Below, one piece after another: positions 27,290-56,968 of a DNA stretch of 64,000 bases; positions within the stretch are counted from its first letter, which is position 1, and each line of letters opens with the position of its first letter. Both the position numbers and the translations under genes were made by a program. A model generated the notes under the pieces. The model searched no databases. It was not told the DNA's origin and saw nothing but the letters and a program-made list of their open reading frames with translations. This DNA is from Ruditapes philippinarum (lineage: Eukaryota). The stretch is taken from positions 62,001 to 126,000 of the forward strand of contig NW_026867088.1 of the NCBI RefSeq assembly GCF_026571515.1. Reading direction: 5' to 3'.

Positions 27290-27735
27290 ACCCACCATCT
27301 TATTTCTTTAATCTCGCTCCTCAGAGCTAATTTTAATTTTAACTTCCTTTTTCTCGACTTTTGCTTGACGGGATCGCAGGGTGAATACACACTTATTAGC
27401 CGGGTCACAGGGTGGAGTTTTATTTCATAAACTTTGCCCCGCTTTCCTGCTAATTTGCGTGTTTCTACTCCGCATCCCCGCCATTTATCTTGTTAATTCT
27501 TGACTTTCGCTTGGTTGGGCTGGTGGCAAAGACACGCTTTTTAGCAGGGTCGCAGGGCGAAGTTTTCGTCTCGCACTCCAGCTATATTATAAGTGTGTTT
27601 TCGTCCCGCCCCCTGCCGTTTTATTTCTTAAATTTCTCCCTGCATTTCTGCTTCTTAGTGTGTTTTCGCTCCGCGCCACAGCCATTTAACATTTTAATTC
27701 TCGACTTTTCCCTTGATGGTGTCACAGGGCGAAAT
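27290..27735. repeat. Degenerate CpG-rich long-period repeat
   Basis: Three or four recurrences of TCTCGACTTT...GGTCGCAGGGCGAA and GTGTTT...CTCCGC. Confidence 0.55.
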
Positions 27736-27963
27736 TATGAATGACACAAATCTGCCACCATATTGATCTCATCATGACCCTTGATTGGAAATAAAAGTTA
27801 TTCTATTCTTTTCTACAGTATTCTATTCTATTAGATATTCTATTCTATTCCATTACATTTATTACATCTATTTAAAGATAAGCTTTTTGCACATTAGTCC
27901 AGCTGGAAATAAAACATCTTGTTACTCAAGCTTGAAATCGACTTGAAAATCAAAAAATGTTAC

Positions 27964-28030
27964 CTGTAATATTTTGCTTTAATTTCCTACTTTCATTTTG
28001 TCAATGTTTATAAAAGCAGCAAGTTGATTG
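27964..28030 (-). other. Putative non-coding first exon of the 637-aa protein gene
   Basis: The ATG exon begins at a clear acceptor (ttttatttcag| at 25850), so an upstream exon must exist. A donor-like CAG|GTAACA lies at 27964 on the minus strand. The 5' boundary is unknown. Confidence 0.35.
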
Positions 28031-28059
28031 GTTAAAAAAAATGCCTAAATACATGACTA

Positions 28060-29010
28060 AAAGCCGTGTCAACGTACCAAAATAAAATTTTGAGTCACTC
28101 GTCCCATAGTCGGCTCGGTACCATTTTGATCAACTCGTCCCGTAGTAAATTCGAAGCCTGTTTCGTTTATATATAAAAAATAATATATTATCATAAATTT
28201 TTGTTTTAGTATAAGTAAAGATGTAGGTTACGAAGAAATTCCCAAACTTGACACCCAATCGGGTTATTTAAAGTTTCTTAATTTTGTCTATCATTATTGC
28301 AAGGTTAGTTGTCCTACAATATTAAAACCCGCACAAGAGATATTCATAAAAAAGAAATAATATACGGTCCGTTTTTGGTCAGACTTTTTTATGCTTATCC
28401 AATAAAACATTGTGGCTGATTAAATTGTCACATGCTTCATAAAAATTAAAGTAAAGAAGTATTTAGACTTTTTTTTATTATGTTACTAAACAGAATGGAC
28501 AAAACTATCTTTGGGCAATCTGCCGTTACTTTTATTTGGAAAAAGTCACTTTGTTCTTGATTGAATGTAAGCAAACTAAATATAAGTATTTGCAATATTG
28601 ATACAGTATTTATCAAAGCTATGCATGTGCGTTTAATGGTCAACAGTTACAAAGCATGTCACCTAAATATGTAAAATTAATAAGAAATGCAAAGTCTTTA
28701 CTATACAATTTAATATTACAAACATTTAAATTTTCATTATATTTAACCAATGTCAATATAATAATGCATATTTTATTTTTCAGTTGCCAATAACATTTTA
28801 ACATAAAACATCTACTTACATAAAACTCAATTTTAAATCATTTCATTCCGACTAATTTAAATATTTGATAGTGCCACAAAGAGGACGAGTTGGCCAAAAA
28901 GGGCAACGAGTTCATTCGTCCAGGACGAGTTCACCATAAGAAGGGGACGATTAACAAAAAAAAAAAACAAACAAAAAAACGACGAGTTGACCTGTTATCC
29001 CTGTTATCCC
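28060..29010. mobile_element. DNA transposon remnant with subterminal repeats
   Basis: ACTCGTCC motifs cluster at the left end (28098-28145). Inverted GACGAGTT motifs cluster at the right end (28883-28992), ending in CCTGTTATCC. Confidence 0.5.
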
Positions 29011-29176
29011 AAAATAAAAAGACAAATAATTCAAGTCGCATTCAAGGAGATGGACTGTTTTCGATTACAGTCACGAATTATGCCAATGTTTGAATAAAAA
29101 TGGAAACCTGAATTTCAAATGGGATCAGTAATAAATTCACTGAATGATCAATCTTGTTATATGCCTTGTATCTTAA

Positions 29177-29759
29177 AGGTAGTCATGCATCTTCCAACTT
29201 TACAGATGATTTTAACAACATCGTAGTTATATTGTCACAAAGGAAACATGTATGTTTAAAAATACATTTTTCCTTGTTTCCCCTGATACGGTTACAAGAT
29301 ATTTCAAGCTACAATTAAAAATCTGTGTCTAAAAAGTCTGCAAAATTAAGAGTCATGCCATTAGTACGTACAGTTAGACTACATATAATATGCACTCATA
29401 CTGATTTTTTCTCTACAAAAGAAAGGACGAAACAGATAAATATAGCTAGACAAATAAAAAAAATATACATGTAATAAGAAAATTTAATAGAGACCCATCA
29501 TAACCATATAGTGCGGTACACGTACGTTAGTTCAATTTCATAGAAATGCGCCTCCTATTGAAAAAGACTATATACAGGGCACCAGACTAGGGATGGAAGT
29601 TTAAAATAGAATAGTTCACAGTTTCATCTATGATAAGTTATGTGGTGTCCAGTAAGTTTGATTATTCCAAACAAAATAAAGTACTTACATCTCTGAGTTA
29701 TTTCCTCTATGAATCAGTTTGTAAAAAGGGAAAGAATTAACACAATTACTTGACGACCT
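29177..29759. mobile_element. Possible TTAA-flanked (Kolobok-like) element
   Basis: TTAA|AGGTAGTCA ... TGACGACCT|TTAA, an 8/9 inverted match. Single copy in the window. Confidence 0.45.
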
Positions 29760-30789
29760 TTAAACTAATTTGAAGATAAGGATAACTTATATAATCTTAT
29801 ATAGAAAGACTTATATAAATTTCTGTAAGTATTGGTATGTCAGAATTATATCTGTAACATAAATTGTGCCACAGAAAGCCCAAAAGTTCAAATAATAAAA
29901 CATTGAAGTTTTAAAACATTGAAGTTTAAATAACTGAAAGGATGGTTCGTTTTCTGCATATGGGTTAGACATATTTCGCCCAAAACTCTTTTTAAATCAA
30001 TTGCCCCTACTTTATTATTTTTTAAAAGGCCTTCAGTTTTTATTTTCTGTTAAAAAAAACCCTTTTCTGTGTTGTTTCATTCTAGTTTTTCAGAAATTTT
30101 TTATTTAAAAAACGTGCTTTATATTCACGTTCTTTTCTTCAGAGCTTTTGTACCCCGCAGTGTACATATGATTTATCCCCTTTTTCGTTTTAAAAAAAAA
30201 AGATCGGCACAAATTTAAATATAGAGAGCAAACCGGTAGATTAGAGATATCGAGGGTTTACTTATTGTTTATAGCTTATATGTGCCTTTCCACTATTGTC
30301 TTTTTGCGTTCAACGATGCGAAGAATCTGGTTCTGGGGAGAAGATCTCTGTTGTGGCTCTACGATCTGCGATGTATAGAGAGACCTTGAGCCTGGGACAT
30401 AATTTATATAGCATAGCCGGCGCACAGAATAAATAAACTAAAAAATCATCAATGCTTACATTAGAGGCCTCGTGCTAGTTATAGAAATATGATCGTGAGA
30501 AGTCATGTTAATTCCACATAGGTTGACCTGTGTTAGGTTATAAAAAATGTTTGTGCTCGAAAAAAATATGAACATTGACATATGCAATCTTGAAAAATAC
30601 AGAAAATTTAAATGTTACTGTTAAAGCTGTGAAATTAATTGTTGTTAACGTGCAATATGAAAGACTTTTAAAAAATTGACAGAAAATAAATAGTCCTGAA
30701 TTAGCTATTTTTACCAATTTCTCGCCTATTTTGTGACAGAAATTCTATTCTCAATAAGCAAAGGAAAAAAAGAATAAAAAAAGCCACCC

Positions 30790-30917
30790 TCTCCTTCCCC
30801 GGTGAATAGCGGCAACTTTGATCCAAACCTGCTACCAGCCAGCGGTAACAGATGATAAAAGCCATGAAAGTGCGAGTCCATCTGGCGCCAAAATAAATCC
30901 GTAGTGCGGGGACAGAC
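30790..30917 (+). promoter_or_regulatory. Putative promoter / non-coding first exon of FoxJ2/3
   Basis: Locally GC- and CpG-rich patch in AT-rich DNA, an E2F-like TGGCGCCAAA, and a donor GAC|GTAAGA at 30917/30918. The first coding exon starts at an acceptor (32415), which requires an upstream exon. Confidence 0.4.
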
Positions 30918-32433
30918 GTAAGATAAAACCCTAAAATCTCGGATACATAACCTGATATTCCCCGCCTTCTTATATGATTTTGACCGGTCTTTCAATAGAC
31001 TTTTGATTTTAATAGCTGAAAGATTAATTAACAAGAGATACTCTCCTTTCTTTAGTGTGTATAGAAACGGTTGTGCATAAAAATTTACCTAAGCTGCTAA
31101 GGAAAGTAAACAAGTGAATGTCATTTGTAACCAAGGTCCCCCACCATCAGGACTTTGACTTTTGAATGTGAAGGTGTCTGTCCGGCGGAGACAATAAAGT
31201 CCACGCTAATGGCCTCGGCAATTGACATATCTCTGAAAATAACGGTGCAACTGCAGTGAGGGACAGACGAAAGTAAAACCTCAGCCAAATTCCCGCCTAT
31301 CCCTCGTGTTGTTCCCGGGTGGGGGTGGGTGGCTGGGGAGTGAGTCGTGGTTACAAATGAGTTGTGCATTAATAATTACGGCTTCTCATGATTAATTGAG
31401 ATAACATGTGGGATGTAAAATCGGTAAATGAGTTTTTAAATCAAACTTGATTGACTTTATAACTTATATAATATACAATGTACATGAAACAGGGATCTTG
31501 TTTTTGCTTATAGCCGATTATTAGGTCCATATCTTAATTTGAAAAATAGTATATTATTTTTCCCAATCATCAGGAAAAAAATCCAAATTGAAAGTTACCA
31601 AAATAAAAAAAAAATTGAATAACAAATTCTAAAATCCTTATAAGAATAAGGGCTTCTTTACTGTTATGGTGATTTAAATGTTTGAAGATGCCATCAAAGG
31701 CAGTGATTCTTGCTTCATTTAATCCACTTTAATTGCAAATTTTTAAAGCCATGCATTTTTTCCAATTTTTAACAAAACATCGCATAAATTCCAAAGGGGG
31801 TCAGCACGTATGGGTCATATTCCCAAAATCTGGAAAAAAAACTGTGAAAAATACCCGTATTTCCTTTTGTATATATGAGTACATTTTTTGTATATCAGCG
31901 TAAATACAAATAAATTGACAATTGTCAACATGTGAAAATTCCTTTTAAATTGCAAAAAATGCCTATCCTTCTGTTATATATGAATGAGATGAAAGATCGA
32001 TTTGAAGAGAAAAATTAAATATTTAAAATGTTTGTGTTGAAATTCCGATTTTTTGTCGATGAAACCCCGAGGATAACTTGGGTATGTAACAGGGTGAATG
32101 CCTACATACGCTCCCTACTTTCGATTTACACCTTAGTAAAAACGCGAATGTATATTGTAGGACAATTTTCGTTGCTAGCTACTCCTGCTAATGAATGCCT
32201 AAAAGAGTGATTTGGTTTTTTTAACGCCTACGTTAAAAAAATAATCCCAAATCACAGGTGATAATTTAAATTAAAATGAAAGCCGTGTTTATGGGTATAA
32301 ACGAACCATTAAAAATCATTAATAGAACGGAAATACTAAATTAAATGTAAATTATCAATTGAATTCCCATTTTTTATTTTCAATTAATTTTAATGCAATT
32401 GGGCAATTTTTCAGCGCACCTGAGTCACCATCC

Positions 32434-48304
<15,871 letters not shown>

Positions 48305-49789
48305 GGTGATATACCAGACTGAAGTGAGGAATTCCGTGACACAGTCAACACAATAAATATGGCACTACAGACTGTGACCAAACTTTTAAAAGACTAGAGA
48401 ACCAGACTTGAATAAAAGTTTGTGACGCAGTCTACTTCAAAATGGCAGACAAGTGTGCAAAATTTGAGTTCTGTGTAAGTTTTGAAAATGTGACGGGCGG
48501 TCAAATGAGTTGTTGAGTTTGTTAATATATTGTTAGCTGTAAAACATTTAATATGGTGGTTTTGATTGTGAGATATATTTAATATGAAAAGAAGAGTGGC
48601 TACTTTGATCCAAGATTCCTTGTTAAGTGCTCATTATTTGAAATGAGGTTATCATATATGTATGTTATGCCAAATGCTGTATTCATGAAACTTCATTGTC
48701 AACTCTCATTGTATTCATTGCACATAGTTTTTAGTTTTCTAGAACATTTTGAAAATTAGGTTAAACAAATGTAGATATATTTTATTGTAATGGTTTTATC
48801 ATGTTGATCTGTTGTTAAATTTATAATATAGATCATGTAAGAATCACTCTGCTGAATTGTGTACTGTAGTTTGATGAACAGTGACTAGGGTTCACTGTGA
48901 ATCCTATTTTCTAGATATATATATTTTGTATATAAGCTGGTCTTTTTAAAATCATACCATATCAAATGTATGTATTCAAAAAATGGTAGAAATATTTTCT
49001 TTTTCATTGATTCTCTGTCAGATGTGTCTTGTTATGTGTATTAAGAATGTTTGTTAAATCTTAGTTTTATGTCTTCATATTTATTTTTGTAAGGTGTTGA
49101 ATGTGCTACAAAGCAACGGTTTTACTGCTGGGTAAAAATAATGTAGTTAAAAAAAATTTGAACCTGATATTTTCTCAGGGGAGTGCAATCTGATGATATG
49201 AGAATTTTCTATGAGGAAAATTAGAGTTATGCCCCCTCTTTAAGAGCTCTTCATAAGGGGAGGTGTGCAATAGAAAGATGTTAAGATTTTGTTTGTGTTG
49301 TTTTCTTTTTCTCTGTGTTAAAATTCCTTTTGTTATGATTGTTTTGTTGATTTTCAGTGTACTTCACATTCCATAAACATCAAATATTTTTTGTTTTTTT
49401 TTGTTTCCTGCCAAGTAAGGCATTATGAAATAGAGCTAGCAAAGTTATAACAATATTCTGGTCCAGAACTGGGTTAGCCGATATTATTTTGCTAGTTCAG
49501 TACTGGTCTTTTTAAAAACCTAATAATTGTTTCATGAATATTATTACAATTGTCAGAAATAAAATATTGCAATGCCATATCAAGCAGAAATGATAGCTCT
49601 TTCTACAATAAAAAATGAAATTAAAAAGAAGATATTTTAAAATGTTGCAAGTGTGTTTTATATTTCTTATGTTAAAACATCTTTAATCTGATCTCATTGT
49701 TAAATTAACTTCTGTTCAAATTCAGTAAGACATTGTTTGTGATTAATCCCACAGAAAATATGCAAATAGATTATGCAGATTCCAGTTGG

Positions 49790-50210
49790 TCACATGATTT
49801 TCTATGTCTAAATTCTGTCATGGTTTTGCTATGTCTAAATTCTGTCATAATTTTCTATGTCTAAATTCTGTCATGGTTGCTATGTCTAAATTCTGTCATG
49901 GTTTTGCTATGTCTAAATTCTGACATGATTTTCTATGTCTAAATTCTGGCATGGTTTTGCTATGTCAAATTCTGTCATTGTTTTGCTATGTCTAAATTCT
50001 GACATGATTTTCTATGTCTAAATTTTGTCATGGTTTTCTTTGTCTTAATTCTGAGATGATTTTCTATGTCTATATTCTGACATGATTTTCTATGTCTACA
50101 TTCTGACATGATTTTCTATGTCTACATTCTGACATGATTTTCTATGTCTACATTCTGACTTGATTTTCTATGTCTATAATTTGTCATGATTTGCTATGTC
50201 TAAATTCTGT
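49790..50210. repeat. ~26-27-bp minisatellite, about 15 degenerate units
   Basis: CTATGTCTAAATTCTGTCATGATTTT and variants. Confidence 0.9.
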
Positions 50211-50500
50211 CTCATATTTGTTTTATTACTGACAAAATAAACTTGTGTCTTTCATAATTAAAACAATTGAAAGAATTCCAAAACAATTTTTATCATTTTT
50301 TTTGACAGAAATCAAAGATTTCCTGTATCAGTGAAATCCTGTTATAATATTTTTGAGTGTTTTTGAATATTTTGTAAATTGCAACATTTTATGTAAATAT
50401 TTGACATACTGGTCAACATGCTACTTAACTTGGCAATCATTGATGATAAGTTTGGTTTTGATTTGAAAAATATTTAATTTTGTCTCAGTATTTACTTTAA

Positions 50501-50825
50501 AGGGACTCCACTGAGGTTTTGTGACATGACAGTACTGGATAATATTTTATGAGATTTATGTACCATTTTATGTTTAAGGTCATTAATTTTGCTCATTCTA
50601 TTCTTCCAGAAAAATTATTTTCACTGTACAAAATGGTCCCAAAAAATAAAAACCATTTCAACAACTTAACTTGTATCAAGCTATAAAAATGTTTTTGGGT
50701 TTAATTCTAAGTATATTTCTTTATCATCCTTATCATATCTTTCCATTTTAAATGCCCCAGTTGCTTTAAAGAGAAGAGAAATTCAAATTTTATGTTTTAA
50801 GATTTTTGACCTCAGTGGAGTTCCT
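50501..50825. mobile_element. Kolobok-like family K1
   Basis: TTAA|AGGGACTCCACTGAGG ... CCTCAGTGGAGTTCCT|TTAA. Confidence 0.8.
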
Positions 50826-51555
50826 TTAAGAAATGATATCAGATTTTGTATTATTGGTTCTCATTGGGTTTTAACAAGGCTTCAGAATTTTGATGTGAAG
50901 GAATTGACCACAAAGGTCATAGCTTTATTCATATACAGTTATGTACAGCTATACACCTTCTTTATGCATAAGAGAATTATTGCAAGTTATGTTTTCATTG
51001 ATTTCATTTTCAGGGTTCAGTTTGTATGAGCTTGTCATAAATGTAAAACACGTTTCCAAAAAATGATCATTCATTTAATTTAGATAGTCACATTAAGACA
51101 TTATGTAATTTTACAACAAGGACACTTTAGTGATGCAGTATATGTAGCACTTAGTTCAATGATGCGAGTGACCCATATTTATGTCCTTTTTGTTTGCTAG
51201 CCTGTGTTAAAGTGTTATATGCCTGTCATCAGTATAGTGCCAGACTCTCCTGTACACTAATGCCAGTCTTACCACTGTGGACAATTAAATTCTTTACTGT
51301 GGACAATTAAATTCTTTACTGTGGACAATTAAATTTTACTACTTTGACCTTTAAAATAACCCTTAACTTGCTGGAACCGATAGTTATATGCCTTGCCACA
51401 GTATAGAGCCAGGCCAGCCTGTACATTTGTGCAGTATGACCAGGCTCTATTTTAGTATTTTTATATTGAAATCCATTAAAGTTTTAATGGACTGTCCCAA
51501 ATTCAAATCTTGGCAAGTCCATTATAGAAATATAGCAAAATTAAGAGTTTTAAAA

Positions 51556-51892
51556 AGCAGCATGCCTATAGGTTCATACTAGTTTTCATGAAAATTTTGA
51601 AAATTTATTTAAAAGTAAAATATCCTGAACTGAACAAAGATATTAATTTACACATTGCAAATGGCACTTACAATCTATGTGAATTACCAAAATGAGGTCA
51701 AAAATAGCCCTTACTGCGTTAGTAACGCAGTAGAAATATCCGATAAATACCGCAAAATTGGTCATTGATTGTACATAGCATGTAAATTATTACTTGAAAC
51801 TTAAATCTTGTTACTTTTCTTAAAATTTTTGTACAGTTTTCTCAAGTTTGAGTTTCTTGAAATATTTTGACTTATTCTGGAGGCATGCAACT
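51556..51892. mobile_element. Kolobok-like family K2
   Basis: AGCAGCATGCCT ... TGGAGGCATGCAACT|TTAA. Shared internal CCCTTACTGCGTTAG. Confidence 0.7.
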
Positions 51893-53482
51893 TTAAATCC
51901 CAGAAATGAACATGGGACAGATATAAATTCAAATTATGTCGAGACTGTACACAAAAATATTTACACTGACTGCTAAGAGACTTTTATATCTGGCTCGACA
52001 GTAACTATTTAGGTCAGTAACAAGACTCTGCTGAATTCTGGTAAACATTTACAAGAGAGTTGGATACTCAAGTCTGACATAACTTTAAGCACTAGACTCG
52101 TTCTACTGGACTTGTTCCTGAAGGCTGAGATACGATGTCATTCATAGCACATGACTTGTCTTGCACCTAGGCTGTGTAAGATATCATTTTCCAGCATCGG
52201 TGCTGACGTTAAAAAGTCCCAGTCTGATAAGCAGATATAACACATGTTAAGGCGGAAAAGGGTTCAAATCTATTCGGAGAACTTGCTGAGATAGTCCTTT
52301 CTTGTACTGTAACATTTTTGTTTTTACTCGCCCTCGGATATGGATACTGAATGCATGATTTAATTTTTTCTTTTTAGCCATGAACACAATATTATTGAAT
52401 ATGTTATTTTATTACGTTATTTATTATGAAAGATATATTACTTTGATATATACATGTATTTTTTTACAGTGAAGTTATTTATTTGTTTGTTTGATTTTAA
52501 AAGAGTGCTCAACCTTGAAATGATTGCTTATTGTGTATTTACTTTTTGTCTCTTTCTTTATAGAGAAATAAGGTGTATATTAAATTAAATCACGAACAAT
52601 GTAGTTTCTGTGAAGCAAAGGAAGTGTTTGTCAGTAAATAATTTTTGAAATTTCAAAAGATTTTCTTTTTCATGAGCAATGAAAACCCTTTAAGGCAAAA
52701 ATGTATCTTTGACATAACTGTATCTCATAAGGATTTAGGCTTTAAAAAGGAAATCAATTTCCTGTTTAGCTTATTTTAATGAGGATATATAAAAAAGCCA
52801 AGTTGAATTGGTAAATTTTTTATTTTGGAGTTGTCCCCCTTTATCTATTTATAATCTTCTATTGCTGACATGTTTAACATTACTTTAATTTATAACCCTA
52901 GCAGTGCTTGAACTACAACTGTTAAACCTTTTAACCTGGTAAGTCCAATTTCTAGGAAATCAGTACAGTATACTGTAAGGATTATGTGATAGAAAAAACA
53001 ACAACATACATTTAAAGTTTAAGTACATGAAGCTATATGTTAATTATAGTAAAATTTTGTTGTTTTCATAACCTTAAGATTTTTAACAATGAAAGTCTAT
53101 GTAATATAATATAAAGAAATATTGTATGTAATAAAATATTCCGTAACAAAAATTTCTGCTACTATTCTTAATAGTTTGGTGATGATTTCACTCATGCACC
53201 CTTCACTTTCAATAAAACTTTCAATAAATATAGTTACTGACAAATTTCTTTCTATTTTCATCACAATATAAAAAGTTATTATATTTTTTCAATCCACAGC
53301 AAATATAAAGGTTTATACATTTAAATTCAAGTGAATTATGAATGAAGGGGCATTAAATATTATATTTGTGAATAAAAATTGATGGGAATAAAACATTTTC
53401 TATAAAATTGGAAATATTGTTTTCCAAGAGATGCAAACTACAATATTTATATATTTTAGCAAAGTTTGAATTTTATTATTAA

Positions 53483-53798
53483 AGGAACTGCACTGAGGTC
53501 CAAAAACCTATAAATAGAATTTAAATTTCTTACATAGGGCAGTTAAAACAAAAATATCTGCAAAAGATGATTAGGAAATATACTCAGAAATAAATTAAAA
53601 ATCATATATTTTTATGCTATTCTTAGCCCGATTTTGGTCATGTTTCACAAATAGAATAATTGTTTTTGGAAAAATGAGTGAGCAAATTATCTGAAAATTT
53701 GCATACAATTTATTGGTGTAGAATAACATGAAATTGAACATTTACTTCGAAAAATTATTTCCAGTCCCCTTATGGCTAGAAACTGCAGTGGAGTCCCT
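53483..53798. mobile_element. Kolobok-like family K1
   Basis: TTAA|AGGAACTGCACTG ... CAGTGGAGTCCCT|TTAA. Confidence 0.75.
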
Positions 53799-55959
53799 TT
53801 AATTCATTTCGATATACTTGTCAAAATACACTTTTAAATTATAATTAGTTGATTTATATCTGAACCTATTTTTGTAAACCAAGGCTGGCCTTAGTGATTT
53901 TTATTTTATATGTGATTTGCTCATTTTTATGTTTCCTTTATTTCTTTTCTTTCATATATATTTGTATAGGTATACTGTGTTTGAGAATGATATTTGCTTT
54001 ACATCTATATATGTATTTATACTACATAAGTTTGTTTTTTGGTATATTTATTTCTCTCTTACTGCAAAAAGCTGGGCTGTTGATTTGATTATAAACTTTA
54101 TAAACTGTGTAATCATAAATTTGAAATTTTGCTGTGTGTATATATCAGTGAATCTTTTGAAAGTTATTATAAATTACATAAATAAGTTTTCACTTAAGAT
54201 GATAAATTATTTTAATAAGGTTGTTTATTTTTTATCATGATAAATTATAAGTTTTAGATAATAATGACAATTTGTTATGATGTATTACTATCGGTATTGG
54301 CATGCTTAAATAACTTCAAAAAACACCTTTATTTATTGATATTTAAAAGCTGTGAGTATATTTAGCTATAATCACCTAATGTTAAAAATGGACTGTTTCA
54401 AATTCAAAGCAGGATAAGCTGATTAAATAAAGTCAGGGAGGGAAAATGGTTGACTAAAAAAAGAAAGAAGCAGGCATTTTCATAGCGGTCTAATTTCATG
54501 TTGCGATATAAAAACACCACTAATAAACCTTTAAATTAAAATTCTTGCCATGTCATCATTGCATTTTAATAGCAGAAAAAAAATCTTCATCAAAAACTGG
54601 TTGAACTATTTATCAAGTTGGCAACAACGTCTCTTTTTCTTATCACCATGTCACAAAACAACGTTTTTAAAACAATCCCCTCATTGTAAGTCCTATACAA
54701 TTAATTTCATGAAAAGGGGAAACAATTTCAATTCTTTCAATTAGATTTAAATTCAACGATTTCTTTATGAAACTTTGGACATACCTTTGGTTTTGAAAAC
54801 TTTTTAATATGCCCCTTGCTACATTCTGTCAGACCAACGTAAGCTGAAGCACTGGCCTAGTGGCACCTGCCTCTCAGCATAGGGGTCATGGGTTCGAATC
54901 TTACAGGTGTCTATATCAATGCCCTGATCACAACACCAGCACTGGTAATTTTAAGGATTGGGGGGGGGGGGGGGGGTATGGTTTAAATAAGTTGGAAGCT
55001 TAAGCTTGTGTTCATAATTGAGTTAATATAATGTTGAAAAGGAAGCAAATTATGACTAAATATAAGAGTTATACCAATATCAGATTAGCCAGTACATCAT
55101 TCTGTGCCGTCTGATCATGGTCTGCACTGTCCGCTATTCAGTCAATGGTTTTGTCCAAATGGAAAGATGGGCAGGTTCATTTAAGATATTTAACTTGATA
55201 TGGGTTAAGTTATAATGATTTCTTTTATTTTCTTAAGTGCAGACAACTTGGACCGATATTTTTAAGTGTGTACAAGATGCAAAACATTTTATTTATTTAA
55301 ACACTTTAGTCGTGCTCTTCAAATTACCCATAAAATACTTGTCTACCTTTTGATCAACTTCTTTCTGTTTAAAGTGGGAAAGAGAGATAATATTTATTTC
55401 TGTGGAAAATTAATTATTTTCAGTGAATAAAGAATTAGTTAGATTTTAATGTATAATTTATGTTTTCTATCTTTTCCATCAGCACATTTTAATACCTGTA
55501 AATTGCATTACATCAAGGAGAGATGCTTGCATTTTTGTTTATTTCAAAATTCAAAGAGTGTAATTGGTAGTTATGTTGCAGACATTAAAATTATGCTTTT
55601 ATGTATGTGGTGTAATGACAAAATATTTGCTATACTCTGTTTCAATTTATAATGATTGATTTTGAAAATTGTATTATAAAGTCTGTTTCAAAAATGATGG
55701 GAAAGTTTCAAAATTTTTAAAGACACATATTTCAAGATTTATTTATGTTATTGTATGTAGCTTTGCAAATTTATTTTACACATGGTTTTCCACAATATAT
55801 TTGGTTTTACTCTTTGTTAAACAACATTACTTCTACAAAGATGGCAATATGTACATGTTTTTTGCTTGTACTGCATGCTTTAGAGAAGATATTTTGTTGT
55901 TCATATGTCATTTAAAATTTGTCCATATTAGGTTATATGAACTGAATATTCCTATAAAT

Positions 55960-56445
55960 GATTATTTCATGGTCTACAGTGTTTTCCTTGAAGCATCTTG
56001 AATGTTCCATGGTTTACAAGGTGTCCATGAAAAATCTTGAATATTCCATGGTCTACAATGTGTCAATTAAGTATCTTGAATATTCCATGGTCTACAGTTT
56101 CTTAATGAAGCATTTTGAAAATTCCATGGTCTGCAATTTTCTCAATGAATCAACTTGAATATTCCATGGGCTATTATGTTTCAATAAAGCATCTTGAATA
56201 TTCCATGACTTACAATGTGTCAATTAAGTATCTTGAATATTCCATGGTCTACAATGTGTCAGTTAAGCATCTTGAATATTCCATGGTCTACAATTTCTTA
56301 ATGAAACATTTTGCAATTTTTTCAATGAAGCCATGGTCTACTATGGTTCATTAAGCATCTTGAAATTTCCATGGTCAACAATGGTCAACAATATTTTAAT
56401 GAAGCATCTTGAATATTCTATGGGCTATAATGTTTCTATTAAGCA
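55960..56445. repeat. ~39-bp degenerate minisatellite
   Basis: AAGCATCTTGAATATTCCATGGTCTACAATGTGTCAATT and variants. Confidence 0.9.
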
Positions 56446-56753
56446 CTTATCTCATTTTTACCATTGCTAGGAAATCCCATAATGCATGTCTTTGTACATA
56501 ATTATATCTCACTATCTGTCCGTCCATTATGAACAAATGATCTATATATATATAATTTATATATATATATTATGTATATATTGAGGCACCATTACGTTTG
56601 TTGTATACATGTCTGATTATATATATACAACATTGGATTTGAAATAAAGAAAATCTTTTTTTATTTTAGTTTGTTATTTATTTTCATGTGAATCATTTTC
56701 CCTTCGTTGCTGTGGGTTCATCTTTGGATTATCTGATGTAAGGAAGGTATATA

Positions 56754-56968
56754 TGAGTCATGTCATGACAAAACCAACATAGTGGGTTTGCTCCCAGCAT
56801 AGATCCAGACCAGCATGCGCATCCGCCCAGTCTGATCAGGATCCATGCTGTTTGCTTACCAACCCTATTACAGGTAGAGATACTGATAGTGAACAGCATG
56901 GATGCACAGGCTGGTCTTGATCCATGCTGGTCGCAAACGCACTATGTTGGTTTTGTCATGACGCGGGT
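56754..56968. mobile_element. Palindromic MITE family A, copy 4 (nested in a SINE)
   Basis: Family A arms, flanked by SINE 5' sequence (GCTGTGGGTTC) and SINE 3' sequence (GGCACCTGAGGTCTTCCTCCACCAGTAAAGC). Confidence 0.85.
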
